NCBI GenBank assembly: GCA_052390235.1
Contig: JBQTHB010000002.1
Coordinates: forward strand, 1 to 64,000
Direction: 5' to 3'
Source: Deltaproteobacteria bacterium
Lineage (GTDB): Bacteria > Desulfobacterota_D > UBA1144 > Nemesobacterales > CSP1-2
Length of the DNA stretch: 64,000 nucleotides
Shown here: positions 19,554-29,843 of the stretch, one piece after another
Numbering within the stretch: the stretch's first letter is position 1
Layout of the letters: each line of letters starts with the position of its first letter
Program-made: the position numbers and the translations under genes
The notes under the pieces: model-generated
Told to the model about the DNA's origin: nothing
What the model saw: only the letters and a program-made list of their open reading frames with translations
Databases searched by the model: none

Positions 19554-20067
19554 TCTCGCCGCCCTAGCCGAAGATACACAGAGAAATTGGTACGCGGTTT
19601 ATACCGTGGCAAGGCACGAGAAGTCCGTGAACGAAGCCCTGATAAAAAGGGACATCGAGACGTTCCTGCCGACAATAGAAGCCCTGAGCCAGTGGAAGGA
19701 CAGAAAAAAGAGGGTTCATTTTCCGCTATTTCCGGGGTATCTGTTCGTTAACATCCCCATCGAGCAGAGATGGGGCGTTCTAGGCGCTAAGGGCGTCGTG
19801 AGGATTTTGGGGGCGATGGGAGCGCCTGCGCCCATTCCTGCGAGTCAAATCGAGGCCATTAGGAAACTTATTGGCAACAAACTTGAGTACGACCCATATC
19901 CCTACCTAACCGAAGGAAAAGAGGTTTTTGTCATAAGAGGGCCTCTTATGGGTGTGAGAGGGCGAATAATTAGCAGAAAGGGTATTTACAGACTGGTTCT
20001 TTCCGTTGATATTATTCGGCGTAGCGCCTCGGTCGAGATGGATATAAGCAACGTGGAACCGGCTTAA
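19546..20067 (+). CDS. NusG-paralog transcription antiterminator (UpxY/RfaH/LoaP-like)
   Basis: WYAVYT...HEK, FLP, PLFPGYLFV, KOW motif VIRGPLMGVRG. Confidence 0.9.
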   Translation: MSNLAALAEDTQRNWYAVYTVARHEKSVNEALIKRDIETFLPTIEALSQWKDRKKRVHFPLFPGYLFVNIPIEQRWGVLGAKGVVRILGAMGAPAPIPASQIEAIRKLIGNKLEYDPYPYLTEGKEVFVIRGPLMGVRGRIISRKGIYRLVLSVDIIRRSASVEMDISNVEPA

Positions 20068-20223
20068 CATCCCTCCTTCGTTTCAGCGTCCGAAAACTGA
20101 TTGTGAAACTCAGGCTTGGGGCGGTCAATAAACTAGGCTGATAGCATACGTCCGCTCGGTTTTATGTAACTGAGGCGGCGAAGCTGCGGCTAGATTCCAA
20201 ATCTCCCGCTCTCTAATCCCGAA

Positions 20224-20931
20224 ATGTCAGGCGATTCATTTTCATACACAGGCACTGAACTCGACGCGCTTTCTCAAGCCCAGAACTATCACGCCTGGAT
20301 TTACGGCTACTTTGCGGGCTACTTCGGGCGGAGAGTCATTGAAGTTGGCGCGGGTATAGGCACGTTCTCCGAGTTTATTCTGGCAGGGGAGGGGGTATCG
20401 GAGCTCACGCTCTTCGAGCCGGCAGAGAACCTGTTTCCCAAGCTCCAAGCGAGGTTTCGGACGAGCGCCAGGGTGAGAGCAATTCACGGTAAATTCGACG
20501 CGCCCGCGCTTTCGGCAGATTCCATTGTGCTTGTAAACGTGCTTGAACACATAGAAAAGGACGAACTTTTTCTCGAATCTGCTTATAGCACTCTTGCCCC
20601 CGGCGGGAGGATATTACTATTTGTCCCTGCTCTGCCGTGGATTTATGGGACTCTCGACGAGGCAGTTGAACACTTCCGCCGCTATACGAAACCATCGCTT
20701 TGCTCCAAGCTCAAGGGGGCGGGATTTCAAATCGAGACTGCGCGCTATTTCAACCTCCCCGGAGCGCTGAGCTGGTTTATCGCGGGCAGGGCGCTGAAGA
20801 AAAAGACCATCAGCCCGTCGGATGTGTGGTTTTATGATAAATGGGTTGTGCCTTGGGTGTCTCGGCTAGAGAGACTCATTGAGCCTCCGTTGGGGCAGAG
20901 CCTCATCGCGGTCGCCAGGAAATCGGGCTGA
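20224..20931 (+). CDS. Class I SAM-dependent methyltransferase
   Basis: VIEVGAGIG, NVLEHIEKD, LAPGG, HFRRY. Confidence 0.85.
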   Translation: MSGDSFSYTGTELDALSQAQNYHAWIYGYFAGYFGRRVIEVGAGIGTFSEFILAGEGVSELTLFEPAENLFPKLQARFRTSARVRAIHGKFDAPALSADSIVLVNVLEHIEKDELFLESAYSTLAPGGRILLFVPALPWIYGTLDEAVEHFRRYTKPSLCSKLKGAGFQIETARYFNLPGALSWFIAGRALKKKTISPSDVWFYDKWVVPWVSRLERLIEPPLGQSLIAVARKSG

Positions 20932-21062
20932 CAGCGCGAGATGAGCGTATAGACGTGAATTAAAGTGATTAATTTTGCGTATAGAGAACCCGCACTTTCG
21001 CGCCATTAGCGGCAAAAAATCCCCCTTTTCATTGAAAATTTAATTCTTACCAAAGGACTGAA

Positions 21063-21962
21063 ATGGACTCAAATCAAATTCTCACCGTTGTAATCCCCGC
21101 GCTGAACGAGGCGGCAGGCATTGCGCGCGTGGTCTCGGCTATTCCACGCGAAGTGGGCAAGTACCGGGTTGAGGTTCTCGTCGTCAACGATGGAAGCGCT
21201 GATGACACGGCTCACAGAGCCTCCGAAGCCGGCGCACGCGTCATCTCTCATCCCGTCAACAGGGGCTATGGAGCGGCTCTTAAAACTGGCTTTGCCAACG
21301 CCAGGGGAGACCTACTCGCTTTCCTCGACGCAGATTTTACCTACCCCCCCGACGAATTGCCCAAAATGGTTCGGGAACTAGAAACGGGGGATTTCGACAT
21401 CGTCGTCGGCTCGAGAATAGCCGGAGGCGCCGAGGGGATGCCCGCTGTGAGGTTCTTCGGCAACAGGGTTATGGCCGAGATTGTCAGCGCGCTGACCCGG
21501 AGCCGGATAACTGACCCTGCAAGCGGGATGCGAGTGTTTAAAAAAGGGGCGATTGAAAGTCTCTATCCGCTTTCGGACGACCTCGATTTCACCCCTGAAA
21601 TGACCACAAAGGCGATTCAGCAGAAGCTCAAATACGGCGAAGTCCCAATAAACTACAGAGAGCGCGTGGGAACGTCGAAACTCAGCGTGTTCAAGCACGG
21701 CTACATTTTTCTTGCCACTATCCTCAGAACCGTAAGAGACCACAACCCGCTTCTCATTTTCGGCTCCGCGGGGATTATATCACTCTTCATTGGAATTTTG
21801 CTCTGCCTGTTTGTGGTTATCTCCTTTCTCGCTGGCGGCTCTGAGCATCAATACTCGCTCATTTTCGGAATCCTCGCCGTATTCCTAGGGGTTCAGCTTA
21901 TTCTCTTCGGTTCTCTCGCCGATATGATTCTGGTACATCTCAGGAGACTCAAGGGAAAGTAG
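21063..21962 (+). CDS. GT2 polyprenyl-phosphate glycosyltransferase (DPM1/GtrB/ArnC-like)
   Basis: VIPALNE, VNDGSAD, NRGYG, LDAD, GSR, two C-terminal TM helices. Confidence 0.88.
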   Translation: MDSNQILTVVIPALNEAAGIARVVSAIPREVGKYRVEVLVVNDGSADDTAHRASEAGARVISHPVNRGYGAALKTGFANARGDLLAFLDADFTYPPDELPKMVRELETGDFDIVVGSRIAGGAEGMPAVRFFGNRVMAEIVSALTRSRITDPASGMRVFKKGAIESLYPLSDDLDFTPEMTTKAIQQKLKYGEVPINYRERVGTSKLSVFKHGYIFLATILRTVRDHNPLLIFGSAGIISLFIGILLCLFVVISFLAGGSEHQYSLIFGILAVFLGVQLILFGSLADMILVHLRRLKGK

Positions 21963-22007
21963 CCCGCGCCGCCGCCCGCCGCAAAGCCGATTTGACTCTG
22001 CCCCCGA

Positions 22008-23507
22008 ATGAACGCTAATACCGAATTCTCAGCCGTCGCCGCTATAAAACTCATGTCCCTGCTCACGGGGCTTGGGGTCGCTATGATTTATCTCGCTTTT
22101 CTCCCCCCGGCGATTTACTCGGTTGACGGCAATTCGATGCTTGCCGTGTCAGAATCGCTTGCCACGAGAGGGGATTTTACCGTTCCCCCTTGGCTTGGAA
22201 ACGTCGGGGCAGACGGGCGATATTACTCGATTTGGTATCCGCTTCTCTCGATTGCCGCCCTCCCGTTTGTGGCGGCTGGGCTTCGTATCGGCGGTTTTCT
22301 GGACCTCCCCCCGCACTATGTGGCAGCGGTTGCCGCCGTTGGGCTTAACATCCTGCTCACCTCGGCGACCGCCTCAATTGTGGCTCTTCTCGCGCTTCGG
22401 CTTGGGAGCGGCGCGAGGGACGCTTTTATAGCCGCCTTGGGGTTTGCATTCGGCACCATCGCGCTAGTGTATGCGAGAAATTTTTTCGCCGAGCCGCTAC
22501 TCGCGTTCCTCGCCATTTCTGGGCTATACTGCGCCCTCAAGCCTAGCCCTGCGATTCCCTCTGTTGCCTCGGCTCTGTCGGTTTTGGCTAAGCCCACGGG
22601 GGTGATAGCCGCTCCCATTTTCGCCTTATATTTCTATGTAAAAGGGCGTTCCCTATGGTTTTCTCTCTCCCCGGTGATTGCCCTTGCCGTGGGGGCGGCG
22701 CTCTACGCGCTCTATAACTATGCGAGGTTCGCAAGCCCTTTTTCGGTGCGCGGCGGGGAGTCGGCGGCTTTCGATATTTCCGTATTCCCAGAGGGGCTGG
22801 CGGGGCTTGTGGCAAGTCCGGGGCGGGGGCTTATTTGGTACTCTCCGCCTGTGATTTTGGCTATTATCGGGTTCTCAAAATTAGTAAAGTCCAAGCCCTG
22901 GGAGGCGTCGGCGATAGCGGGGCTTTTCTTCGGGTATCTGCTCTCTCATGCGCTTCTGCCTTACTGGCATGGGGGGTGGTGCTGGGGGCCACGGTATCTT
23001 CTGCCGGCGATTGCCCCCCTGATGGCGCTCTCGGCGGCGGCGAGATGGCGGCGCGTGGCTGTGTGTCTGCTCGCCATCGGGTTTGTTGTAAACGCTCCGA
23101 CGCTCGTGTCGTATTATGAGCGCTACTACGCCGAGCTTTGGGATAGAGGGGTGAGTGAGCAGGCTCTGCTCTGGTCTGCGGCTGATGCCCCGCTGCTCAA
23201 TATCTGGGGAGCGGCGGCGCGCCAAATCGAGGACGCGCGCACTGCCGATGTTTCGGCTCTCGTCGGCGAGGCTGGCAGGATACAGGATACGGGGGTTGCG
23301 AACTCTCAGATTTTGAAGGTTGTCGCTGTTTGGTGGTGGATGCTTCCGGCGGCTGGGATTCCACGTTGGGTTGGGGCTTTGGCTTCGGCGCTGATGATTG
23401 CATCCGGCGTTTTGTTGCTTACGAGGGCGTGGGCGGCGGCTCGGAATCTCGATGCGCGAGGTCAGGGCGGCGATACAAGGCCCCTCTGCTGTCATTTCGA
23501 GCGATAG
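22008..23507 (+). CDS. GT-C fold membrane glycosyltransferase (lipid-linked donor)
   Basis: Polytopic; SVDG, RYYSIWYP, FAEP, YNYARFASPF, WHGGWCWGPRYLLP; follows a DPM-like GT2. Confidence 0.65.
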   Translation: MNANTEFSAVAAIKLMSLLTGLGVAMIYLAFLPPAIYSVDGNSMLAVSESLATRGDFTVPPWLGNVGADGRYYSIWYPLLSIAALPFVAAGLRIGGFLDLPPHYVAAVAAVGLNILLTSATASIVALLALRLGSGARDAFIAALGFAFGTIALVYARNFFAEPLLAFLAISGLYCALKPSPAIPSVASALSVLAKPTGVIAAPIFALYFYVKGRSLWFSLSPVIALAVGAALYALYNYARFASPFSVRGGESAAFDISVFPEGLAGLVASPGRGLIWYSPPVILAIIGFSKLVKSKPWEASAIAGLFFGYLLSHALLPYWHGGWCWGPRYLLPAIAPLMALSAAARWRRVAVCLLAIGFVVNAPTLVSYYERYYAELWDRGVSEQALLWSAADAPLLNIWGAAARQIEDARTADVSALVGEAGRIQDTGVANSQILKVVAVWWWMLPAAGIPRWVGALASALMIASGVLLLTRAWAAARNLDARGQGGDTRPLCCHFER

Positions 23508-23690
23508 CGAGAAATCTCAAATAAGATTCCTCTCTGGGCGTTCGGAATGACAAGAGTTAATGCGCTGGCAATGGCAGGAGCGAGGTTTTCGGAGTGGGGC
23601 AATTCACGAGGGAGAGAGGGGGACGCTTCACACCGAGAGGGATACTCGTATGTCATTCTCACGAAAGTGGGAATCCAGAGCTCGACTCCA
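23490..23690. repeat. Mosaic palindromic repeat cluster 1
   Basis: TGTCATTTCGAGCGATAGCGAGAAATC, AGATTCCTCTC..TTCGGAATGACA, TGTCATTCTCACGAAAGTGGGAATCC. Confidence 0.9.
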
Positions 23691-23780
23691 GCCATGAACA
23701 GGTAATTATCCGATGCTGAGAATCACTCATAAATTAATAGCCCCTCAAGCGCGGGCTTTGAATTCAATCTGCGAGGTTTC

Positions 23781-24845
23781 ATGAAAGCGCTGGTGCTTGC
23801 AGGGGGCAGAGGCACTCGCCTTCGCCCGCTCACCTACACAATGGCGAAACAGCTCGTCCCGGTGGCGAATCGGCCGGTTCTCCACTACGTGATGGATCAT
23901 CTCTGCGATGCTGGAATTAGAGACGTCGCAGTGATAGTCTCCCCCGAAACCGGAGGGCAAATCCGCGACGCGCTTGCCCACAACCCTTGGGGATTTCGCC
24001 TCAATTTTATTATTCAGAACCAGCCCCTGGGACTCGCCCATGCCGTCAAGACGGCCGCTCCGTTTCTTGGGGACGACGATTTCATCATGTACTTAGGGGA
24101 TAACTTAATCGCCGCCGGCATTGGGGATTTCATCGAAAAGTTCCAAACCCTCAAGCCCGATGCCATGCTCCTGCTCAAGGAGGTCGAAAATCCCAGCCTA
24201 TTTGGAGTGGCTGAGCTTGACCCGCGCGGGAAAATTATTCACTTAGTAGAGAAGCCGAAAAATCCCCCGTCGAATTTAGCCCTCGTTGGCATTTACGCCT
24301 TTTCCCCCTCGATTCACAGAGCGATAGCCGAGATAAAACCCTCTTGGCGCGGGGAGCTAGAAATCACTGACGCTCTCGATTGGATGCTCAAGGAAGGACG
24401 CCCCGTGGAAAGCTCGCTTGTCGAGGGTTGGTGGCTCGATACGGGTAAAAAAGACGACCTGCTCGAAGCCAACCGCACTGTCCTGGACGACTGGTCTCAG
24501 CGACGCATCGAGGGCGAGGTTGACTCTGGGAGCCGGATAACGGGGCGCGTGATGCTCGAAGCCGGAGCGAAAGTCCTCGGGAGCGAGATAAGGGGCCCAG
24601 CAGTCATCGGCGCGGGAGCGGTCATTGAAAAATCCTTTATAGGCCCTTACACGAGCATAGGCGACGGTTGCCGGATAGAGAATTCCTCGATTGAGCATTG
24701 CGTCCTCCTCTCAGGCGTGAGTATTCAGAGCGTCGAGCGGATGGAAGACAGCGTGCTTGGGAAAAACGCCAGAGTATTCGGTCTCGCTGAGAACCGCAGG
24801 GCGCTTAGGCTTCTCATAGGCGAAGACGCCGAGGTGCTACTGTAG
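23781..24845 (+). CDS. rmlA: Glucose-1-phosphate thymidylyltransferase, long form
   Basis: LAGGRGTRLRP, KQLVPVANRP, YLGDN, EKP, RGELEITDA, C-terminal LbH extension. Confidence 0.93.
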   Translation: MKALVLAGGRGTRLRPLTYTMAKQLVPVANRPVLHYVMDHLCDAGIRDVAVIVSPETGGQIRDALAHNPWGFRLNFIIQNQPLGLAHAVKTAAPFLGDDDFIMYLGDNLIAAGIGDFIEKFQTLKPDAMLLLKEVENPSLFGVAELDPRGKIIHLVEKPKNPPSNLALVGIYAFSPSIHRAIAEIKPSWRGELEITDALDWMLKEGRPVESSLVEGWWLDTGKKDDLLEANRTVLDDWSQRRIEGEVDSGSRITGRVMLEAGAKVLGSEIRGPAVIGAGAVIEKSFIGPYTSIGDGCRIENSSIEHCVLLSGVSIQSVERMEDSVLGKNARVFGLAENRRALRLLIGEDAEVLL

Positions 24846-25394
24846 ATGCCTTTTGAATTTCGCAAAACCGAGATACCGGATGTCCTCGTCGTTGCGCCTG
24901 CCGTGTTCCGGGACGGACGCGGTTTTTTCGCAGAGACCTATAAACGCTCGGAATTCGCCCAGAATGGGATTCTCGCCGCGTTTGTGCAGGATAATCTCTC
25001 GCGCTCGAAGCGGGGCGTTATACGCGGTATTCACTATCAACTTCGCCCGAAGGCTCAGGCAAAGCTCGTATCTGTTGCCGAGGGGGAGATTTGGGACGTC
25101 GCCGTGGATATTCGCAGGAACTCCCCTACCTACGGCAGGTGGGTGGGCGTGAGGCTCACGGCTGGGAATAATCTGATGCTCTATGTGCCTGAGGGGTTCG
25201 CTCACGGCTTTGCGGTTCTGAGCGAGGAGGCGAGGGTCATCTATAAAGTGTCCGAGGAGTATTGCCCGGAATATGAGAGGGGCATTCGTTGGGACGATGC
25301 GGCGGTGGGCGTTGAGTGGGCTGTGCAAAATCCGATAATTTCCCCGAAGGACAGCGCTCTTCCCCCGCTTTCCGGGGCGGAGAATAATTTTTAA
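24846..25394 (+). CDS. rmlC: dTDP-4-dehydrorhamnose 3,5-epimerase
   Basis: DGRGFF, QDNLS.S, RGIHYQ, DVAVDIR, PEGFAHGF. Confidence 0.95.
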   Translation: MPFEFRKTEIPDVLVVAPAVFRDGRGFFAETYKRSEFAQNGILAAFVQDNLSRSKRGVIRGIHYQLRPKAQAKLVSVAEGEIWDVAVDIRRNSPTYGRWVGVRLTAGNNLMLYVPEGFAHGFAVLSEEARVIYKVSEEYCPEYERGIRWDDAAVGVEWAVQNPIISPKDSALPPLSGAENNF

Positions 25395-25395
25395 G

Positions 25396-25422
25396 AAGGC
25401 AGTTTTTAGTGGCGAGTGGCGA
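25396..25422 (+). repeat. Short heptamer-containing element (related copies at 42407-42438 and 43277-43306)
   Basis: AAGGCAGTTTTTAGTGGCGAGTGGCGA, 26/27 identical to the reverse complement of 42407-42433. Confidence 0.7.
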
Positions 25423-25479
25423 GTATGAGATTGATGCCTAAAGCCCTTGGTTTCATCCTGCGATGAGGAAATCTCCATA

Positions 25480-26529
25480 GTGAAAACCGTTCTCGTAACA
25501 GGCGGGTGCGGATTTATCGGGAGCCATTTTATCCGCCTCCTGCTCGCTCAGACGGGCTTTAGGGTCGTCAACCTCGATAAGCTCACCTACGCGGGAAATC
25601 CAGAGAATCTAAGCGACGTGGAAACTAACCCGCGCTACAGGCTCGTGAGGGGGGATATTTGCGACGCCGCCTTGGTATATTCTGTATTCCGCGATGAAAA
25701 GCCCGCCTCAGTCGTCAATTTCGCCGCCGAATCCCACGTTGATAGGAGCATTCTCGACCCATCGCCGTTTATTCAGACGAACGTTGCCGGGGCGCAGGTT
25801 CTGCTTGAAGCCTCAAAACGCCTCGGAGTCGAGAAATTCCTCCAGATTTCAACCGACGAGGTATATGGGGACGCCGATGGCAGAGGGCCTTTTGACGAGC
25901 AAAGCCCGCTTCATCCGAGCAGTCCCTATTCGGCGAGCAAGGCGGCGGCTGACCTCCTATGCCTAGCCTATGCCCGCACCTGGGGCTTGCCCGTCGCCAT
26001 CGCTCGAAGCTCGAATAATTACGGCGCGCATCAGTTCCCGGAAAAGCTGATTCCTCTCATGATACGAAACGCCGCATCGGGCGCGCATCTGCCCGTTTAT
26101 GGCGATGGACTCCAGAGGCGGGATTGGCTATTTGTCGAGGATAACGCCCGCGCCCTTGTGAAAATTCTCGTCCAAGCCCCGGCAGGAGAGATTTACAACG
26201 TCGCAACCGGCGCTGAAACGGCGAATCTCGACGCTGTAAATTTAATCTGCCAAATCCTCGCCGAGCAGTCCTTATTCGATTCCTCGGCGCTGTGCGAGCT
26301 GATAAGAAGCGTTCCCGACCGCCCCGGACACGATAGGCGCTACGCCGTGAATATCGAGAAAATCAGGCGTGATCTCGGCTGGTCTGCCGAAATTTCCTTT
26401 GAGCAAGGACTGCGGCGCACGGTTGGCTGGTATCTGGCTAATCCCGGCTGGGTTCAGCGCGTGGAGTCGGGCGAGTACCAATCCTACTGCGACGCGGTTT
26501 ACCTCCGCTCATGGGAGAGAGATACCTAA
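25480..26529 (+). CDS. rmlB: dTDP-glucose 4,6-dehydratase
   Basis: VTGGCGFIGS, LDKLTYAGN, AAESHVDRS, STDEVYG, YSASK, DRPGHDRRY; GTG start at 25480. Confidence 0.95.
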   Translation: MKTVLVTGGCGFIGSHFIRLLLAQTGFRVVNLDKLTYAGNPENLSDVETNPRYRLVRGDICDAALVYSVFRDEKPASVVNFAAESHVDRSILDPSPFIQTNVAGAQVLLEASKRLGVEKFLQISTDEVYGDADGRGPFDEQSPLHPSSPYSASKAAADLLCLAYARTWGLPVAIARSSNNYGAHQFPEKLIPLMIRNAASGAHLPVYGDGLQRRDWLFVEDNARALVKILVQAPAGEIYNVATGAETANLDAVNLICQILAEQSLFDSSALCELIRSVPDRPGHDRRYAVNIEKIRRDLGWSAEISFEQGLRRTVGWYLANPGWVQRVESGEYQSYCDAVYLRSWERDT

Positions 26530-26532
26530 AAC

Positions 26533-27624
26533 ATGGAAGCCGCCAGTACAATATCGAAGTTGCCGGATAAATCGCAGTTTCGCCTTGGCTATATGCCGTT
26601 TTTGGACGGTATGCGCGGGTTCGGGATACTGCTCTTTATGGCTTGGCACGCCGACGCCCCTTACCTGCGGGGGAGCTTTGTGTATCTCAATGTTTTCTTT
26701 GTGCTGAGCGGATTTCTCATTACATCGCTTTTAATCAAGGAATGGGATAGGCACGGCGAGATTAGTCTGGGGAAGTTCTACGCTCGAAGGGCGCTTCGAC
26801 TTCTGCCCGCGCTCGTGGTGATGCTTACGCTCTACGTTGCGGCGAGTTTTTTTTTGCTCTCGAACCCATTTGACCATTTCGTGGACGCGCTCCTCGTCTT
26901 GTTCTACGCCTCGAACTGGACTCGCGCCTTCGGGCTAGACAGGCCATCGCTCCTGGGACACGCATGGTCTCTTTCGATAGAGGAGCAGTTTTATCTGCTC
27001 TGGCCCGTGATTTTGATATTGATGCTCCGCTTTATGCCCTCCCCGCGCCGAATGCTCGCCTTCGCCGTGTTGGGAATTGTCCTCATCACGGCTTACAGAA
27101 TTGATATGGCTGCCGCCGGAGCCACTATAGAGCGGCTCTACAACGGATTCGACACAAGGGGGGATTCCCTGCTTCTGGGATGCGCGTTGGGCATAGTTCT
27201 ATCCTCAAACCTCATTAGGGCGAGCGCGCCGACGCTTCAAATTACCCGTATTTTGTCGTTCATCGGGGCGGCGGGGATGCTCGCAATATTTCAGTTTGCC
27301 GACTGGCGGGAGCTGTCAACCTATTACTATATGCTCTCGCTCTGTGATATTTTCTCCACGCTGATAATTCTCGATATGGTCTTATCGCCCTCGCCGGGGA
27401 TTGTGAAGAGGCTATTTGAAGCCCCATTGTTTGTCTGGACGGGGAAAATTTCCTACGGGCTATATATCTGGCACTTCCCGATATTCCGCGCCCTGCAGAT
27501 TAAGCTCGGCTGGGATTGGTATTTGGTGCTTGCCGTCGGCGGCGCTATGACCTTCGCCGTAGCTTCGGCATCGTATTACCTGCTGGAGCGGCCGTTCCTT
27601 CGCATGAAGACCCGATTCGGCTAA
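26533..27624 (+). CDS. Acyltransferase family 3 (OafA-like O-acetyltransferase), TM domain only
   Basis: LDGMRG, FFVLSGFLI, FYARRALRLLP, HAWSLSIEEQFY, GKISYGLYIWH. Confidence 0.93.
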   Translation: MEAASTISKLPDKSQFRLGYMPFLDGMRGFGILLFMAWHADAPYLRGSFVYLNVFFVLSGFLITSLLIKEWDRHGEISLGKFYARRALRLLPALVVMLTLYVAASFFLLSNPFDHFVDALLVLFYASNWTRAFGLDRPSLLGHAWSLSIEEQFYLLWPVILILMLRFMPSPRRMLAFAVLGIVLITAYRIDMAAAGATIERLYNGFDTRGDSLLLGCALGIVLSSNLIRASAPTLQITRILSFIGAAGMLAIFQFADWRELSTYYYMLSLCDIFSTLIILDMVLSPSPGIVKRLFEAPLFVWTGKISYGLYIWHFPIFRALQIKLGWDWYLVLAVGGAMTFAVASASYYLLERPFLRMKTRFG

Positions 27625-27730
27625 ACGTAAAGTAAAACCCCTGAGCAACGCAAATTTGCGCGAATGAAAATTCAGTTCAAGCTATTTCTCGGACACCTCA
27701 ATCGTCATTGCGAATAAGCTCTACGACTAG

Positions 27731-27792
27731 TGTCATTCCGAATGTAGAGAGGAATCTTATTTAGGATTTCTCGGCTTTGGCTCGAAATGACA
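27731..27792. repeat. Palindromic repeat cluster 2 (inverted module pair)
   Basis: TGTCATTCCGAA..AGAGGAATCTTAT..GGATTTCTCG..GCTCGAAATGACA, the reverse complement of the first pair in cluster 1. Confidence 0.85.
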
Positions 27793-27850
27793 CGTTGGCG
27801 ACTCTAGCATGGCTTCATCTAAATTATAAAAACTGCGGTTCAACCTGACA

Positions 27851-28753
27851 ATGAAAAAATTGATATTCTCACTATTTAAATTTGTCTCGAGGGCGATGTC
27901 CGGCTCAGGGCTATGGAAATTCGCGCCGGTAAGAGCGCTCTGGATACTCCTCTACAGAGCCTTTAGCCCCAGGGGAGAGGTTTTAATCGAGTGCCAAGGG
28001 AGCCGGATGTTTGTCCTCGCCGAATATGGCTACGGCGGGGTGGGAAATATTCTCCTCATGCGGGGGGTCTATGAAGAGTACGAAACGGAGCTATTTAAAA
28101 GCCTAATCCATCCGGGGATGACCGTTATTGATATAGGCGCGAACATCGGATATTTCACGCTCATTGCCGCCAAATCCCTTCAGGGAACCGGCAGGGTATA
28201 TGCCTTCGAGCCTGAGCCGAATAATTTTAAACTCCTCGCCAAGAGTGTCCGCGCTAACGACTATAAAAACATTGAAATTTTCCCCAAGGCAGTATCGCGC
28301 AGCAGGGGGACGCTCAAACTCTACGTTGATAAGACAAGCCCCGTTCATCCGTCGTTTGCTAAGGAAAACGTCCCAGAGAGCGCCGGTTATATCGAGGTTG
28401 AAACCGTTGCCCTCGACGATTTTCTTGCCGAGCGTTCGGGCGGCGGCGATAATGGCCCAGCGCTTATTAAGATGGACACCCAGGGGGCGGAGGGCTACGT
28501 CATCGAGGGAGCGGGCAGGATGCTCAGCCGGGGCGATGTTAAAATCATAATGGAGTTTTGGCCCCTTGGGCTTCGCAACTTAGGCACAGACCCGCTAAAG
28601 CTCCTTGAAACCCTGAGGGGCTATGGCTTTATCATGAAAATAATTGACGAGGCAAGTCCCTACCCCGAACAGATAGACGCATCCAAGGTGATGGAGATTT
28701 CCAATAAAGCCAGGGGCGGGAATGGCTACGTCAATCTCCTGCTCGAAAAATAG
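27851..28753 (+). CDS. FkbM family methyltransferase
   Basis: IDIGANIGYF, AFEP, IKMDTQGAE. Confidence 0.9.
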   Translation: MKKLIFSLFKFVSRAMSGSGLWKFAPVRALWILLYRAFSPRGEVLIECQGSRMFVLAEYGYGGVGNILLMRGVYEEYETELFKSLIHPGMTVIDIGANIGYFTLIAAKSLQGTGRVYAFEPEPNNFKLLAKSVRANDYKNIEIFPKAVSRSRGTLKLYVDKTSPVHPSFAKENVPESAGYIEVETVALDDFLAERSGGGDNGPALIKMDTQGAEGYVIEGAGRMLSRGDVKIIMEFWPLGLRNLGTDPLKLLETLRGYGFIMKIIDEASPYPEQIDASKVMEISNKARGGNGYVNLLLEK

Positions 28754-28820
28754 ATTCTAGTATTGATACTCGCCCCTTGCCGCGAGCGGCAGTCTCAGAT
28801 TATAGACTCAGAGCAATAAA

Positions 28821-29834
28821 ATGGCATCTGCTAAGAAAATCGCCCTTATCACCGGCGTAACTGGTCAGGACGGCGCGTATCTGTCAAAATTTCTCCTCGG
28901 CAAGGGCTACGAGGTCGTCGGTCTCGTCCGCCGTGAACCCAGGGTTAACACGCGCAATCTCGAATATCTGGGAGCCGCTGGTGGTGTCCGGCTCATCGGG
29001 GCGAACCTCCTAGACGGCGCTGAGGTCTGCGGCATCATTGACGAATTGAAGCCCGATGAGATTTATAACCTCGCCGCGCAAAGCTCCGTGGGGCGGTCTT
29101 TCGGCGACCCGCTCGGCACGCTGGAGTTTAACGTCATCTCGGCGGCAAATCTCCTTGAGGCTGTGCGCCTGAGGAATCCCGTCTCCAGGTTCTATCAGGC
29201 ATCTTCCTGCGAGATGTTCGGCAATGTCCCCGAAGGAGGGCTTCCCGTAACTGAGGCGACTGCCATACTCCCGCAAAGCCCCTATGCCGTATCCAAAGCC
29301 TCGGCTCACTGGATAACGGTAAATTATAGAGAGGCTTACGGCGTTTATGCCGCCTGCGGGATTCTATTCAACCACGAATCCCCACTTCGCGGGGAGAACT
29401 TCGTTACGAAGAAAATTCTCGATGCCGCCGTCAGGATTAAAATGGGCATTGCCCGCGCGCTCACCCTCGGCAACCTCAATGTTTCCAGGGACTGGGGATA
29501 CGCCCCTGAGTACGTCAAGGCAATTTGGCTGATGCTCCAGCAGGACGCGCCCGATGATTTTATTATCTGCTCAGGGGGCGGGGCAAGAACCCTCGGGGAG
29601 TTTGTCTCTGGGGTTTTCCAGAGGCTTGGGCTGGATGCGGCGGAGTTTGTCGAGACTGATAAGTCCCTAATTCGCCCCGTGGATTTGAACGTAATCTACG
29701 GCGATAACTCAAAGGCGAGGCGCGCCCTCGGCTGGCGGTACGATATGAAGTTTGATGAATTAATCTCGACGCTCGTCGAAGAGGAGCAAAAATTCCTCTC
29801 ATGGCGGCTCAATAACCGTATCGGGGACGGCTAA
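28821..29834 (+). CDS. gmd: GDP-mannose 4,6-dehydratase
   Basis: ALITGVTGQDG, YNLAAQSSV, FYQASS, PYAVSK, GILFNHESP, RDWGYA. Confidence 0.92.
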   Translation: MASAKKIALITGVTGQDGAYLSKFLLGKGYEVVGLVRREPRVNTRNLEYLGAAGGVRLIGANLLDGAEVCGIIDELKPDEIYNLAAQSSVGRSFGDPLGTLEFNVISAANLLEAVRLRNPVSRFYQASSCEMFGNVPEGGLPVTEATAILPQSPYAVSKASAHWITVNYREAYGVYAACGILFNHESPLRGENFVTKKILDAAVRIKMGIARALTLGNLNVSRDWGYAPEYVKAIWLMLQQDAPDDFIICSGGGARTLGEFVSGVFQRLGLDAAEFVETDKSLIRPVDLNVIYGDNSKARRALGWRYDMKFDELISTLVEEEQKFLSWRLNNRIGDG

Positions 29835-29843
29835 GAGGGGCGG

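Noticed and set aside
20068..20223. ops/JUMPstart element after the NusG paralog
   Set aside because: Only partial matches (GGGCGGTC, AGGCGGCG); no GGCGGTAG consensus.
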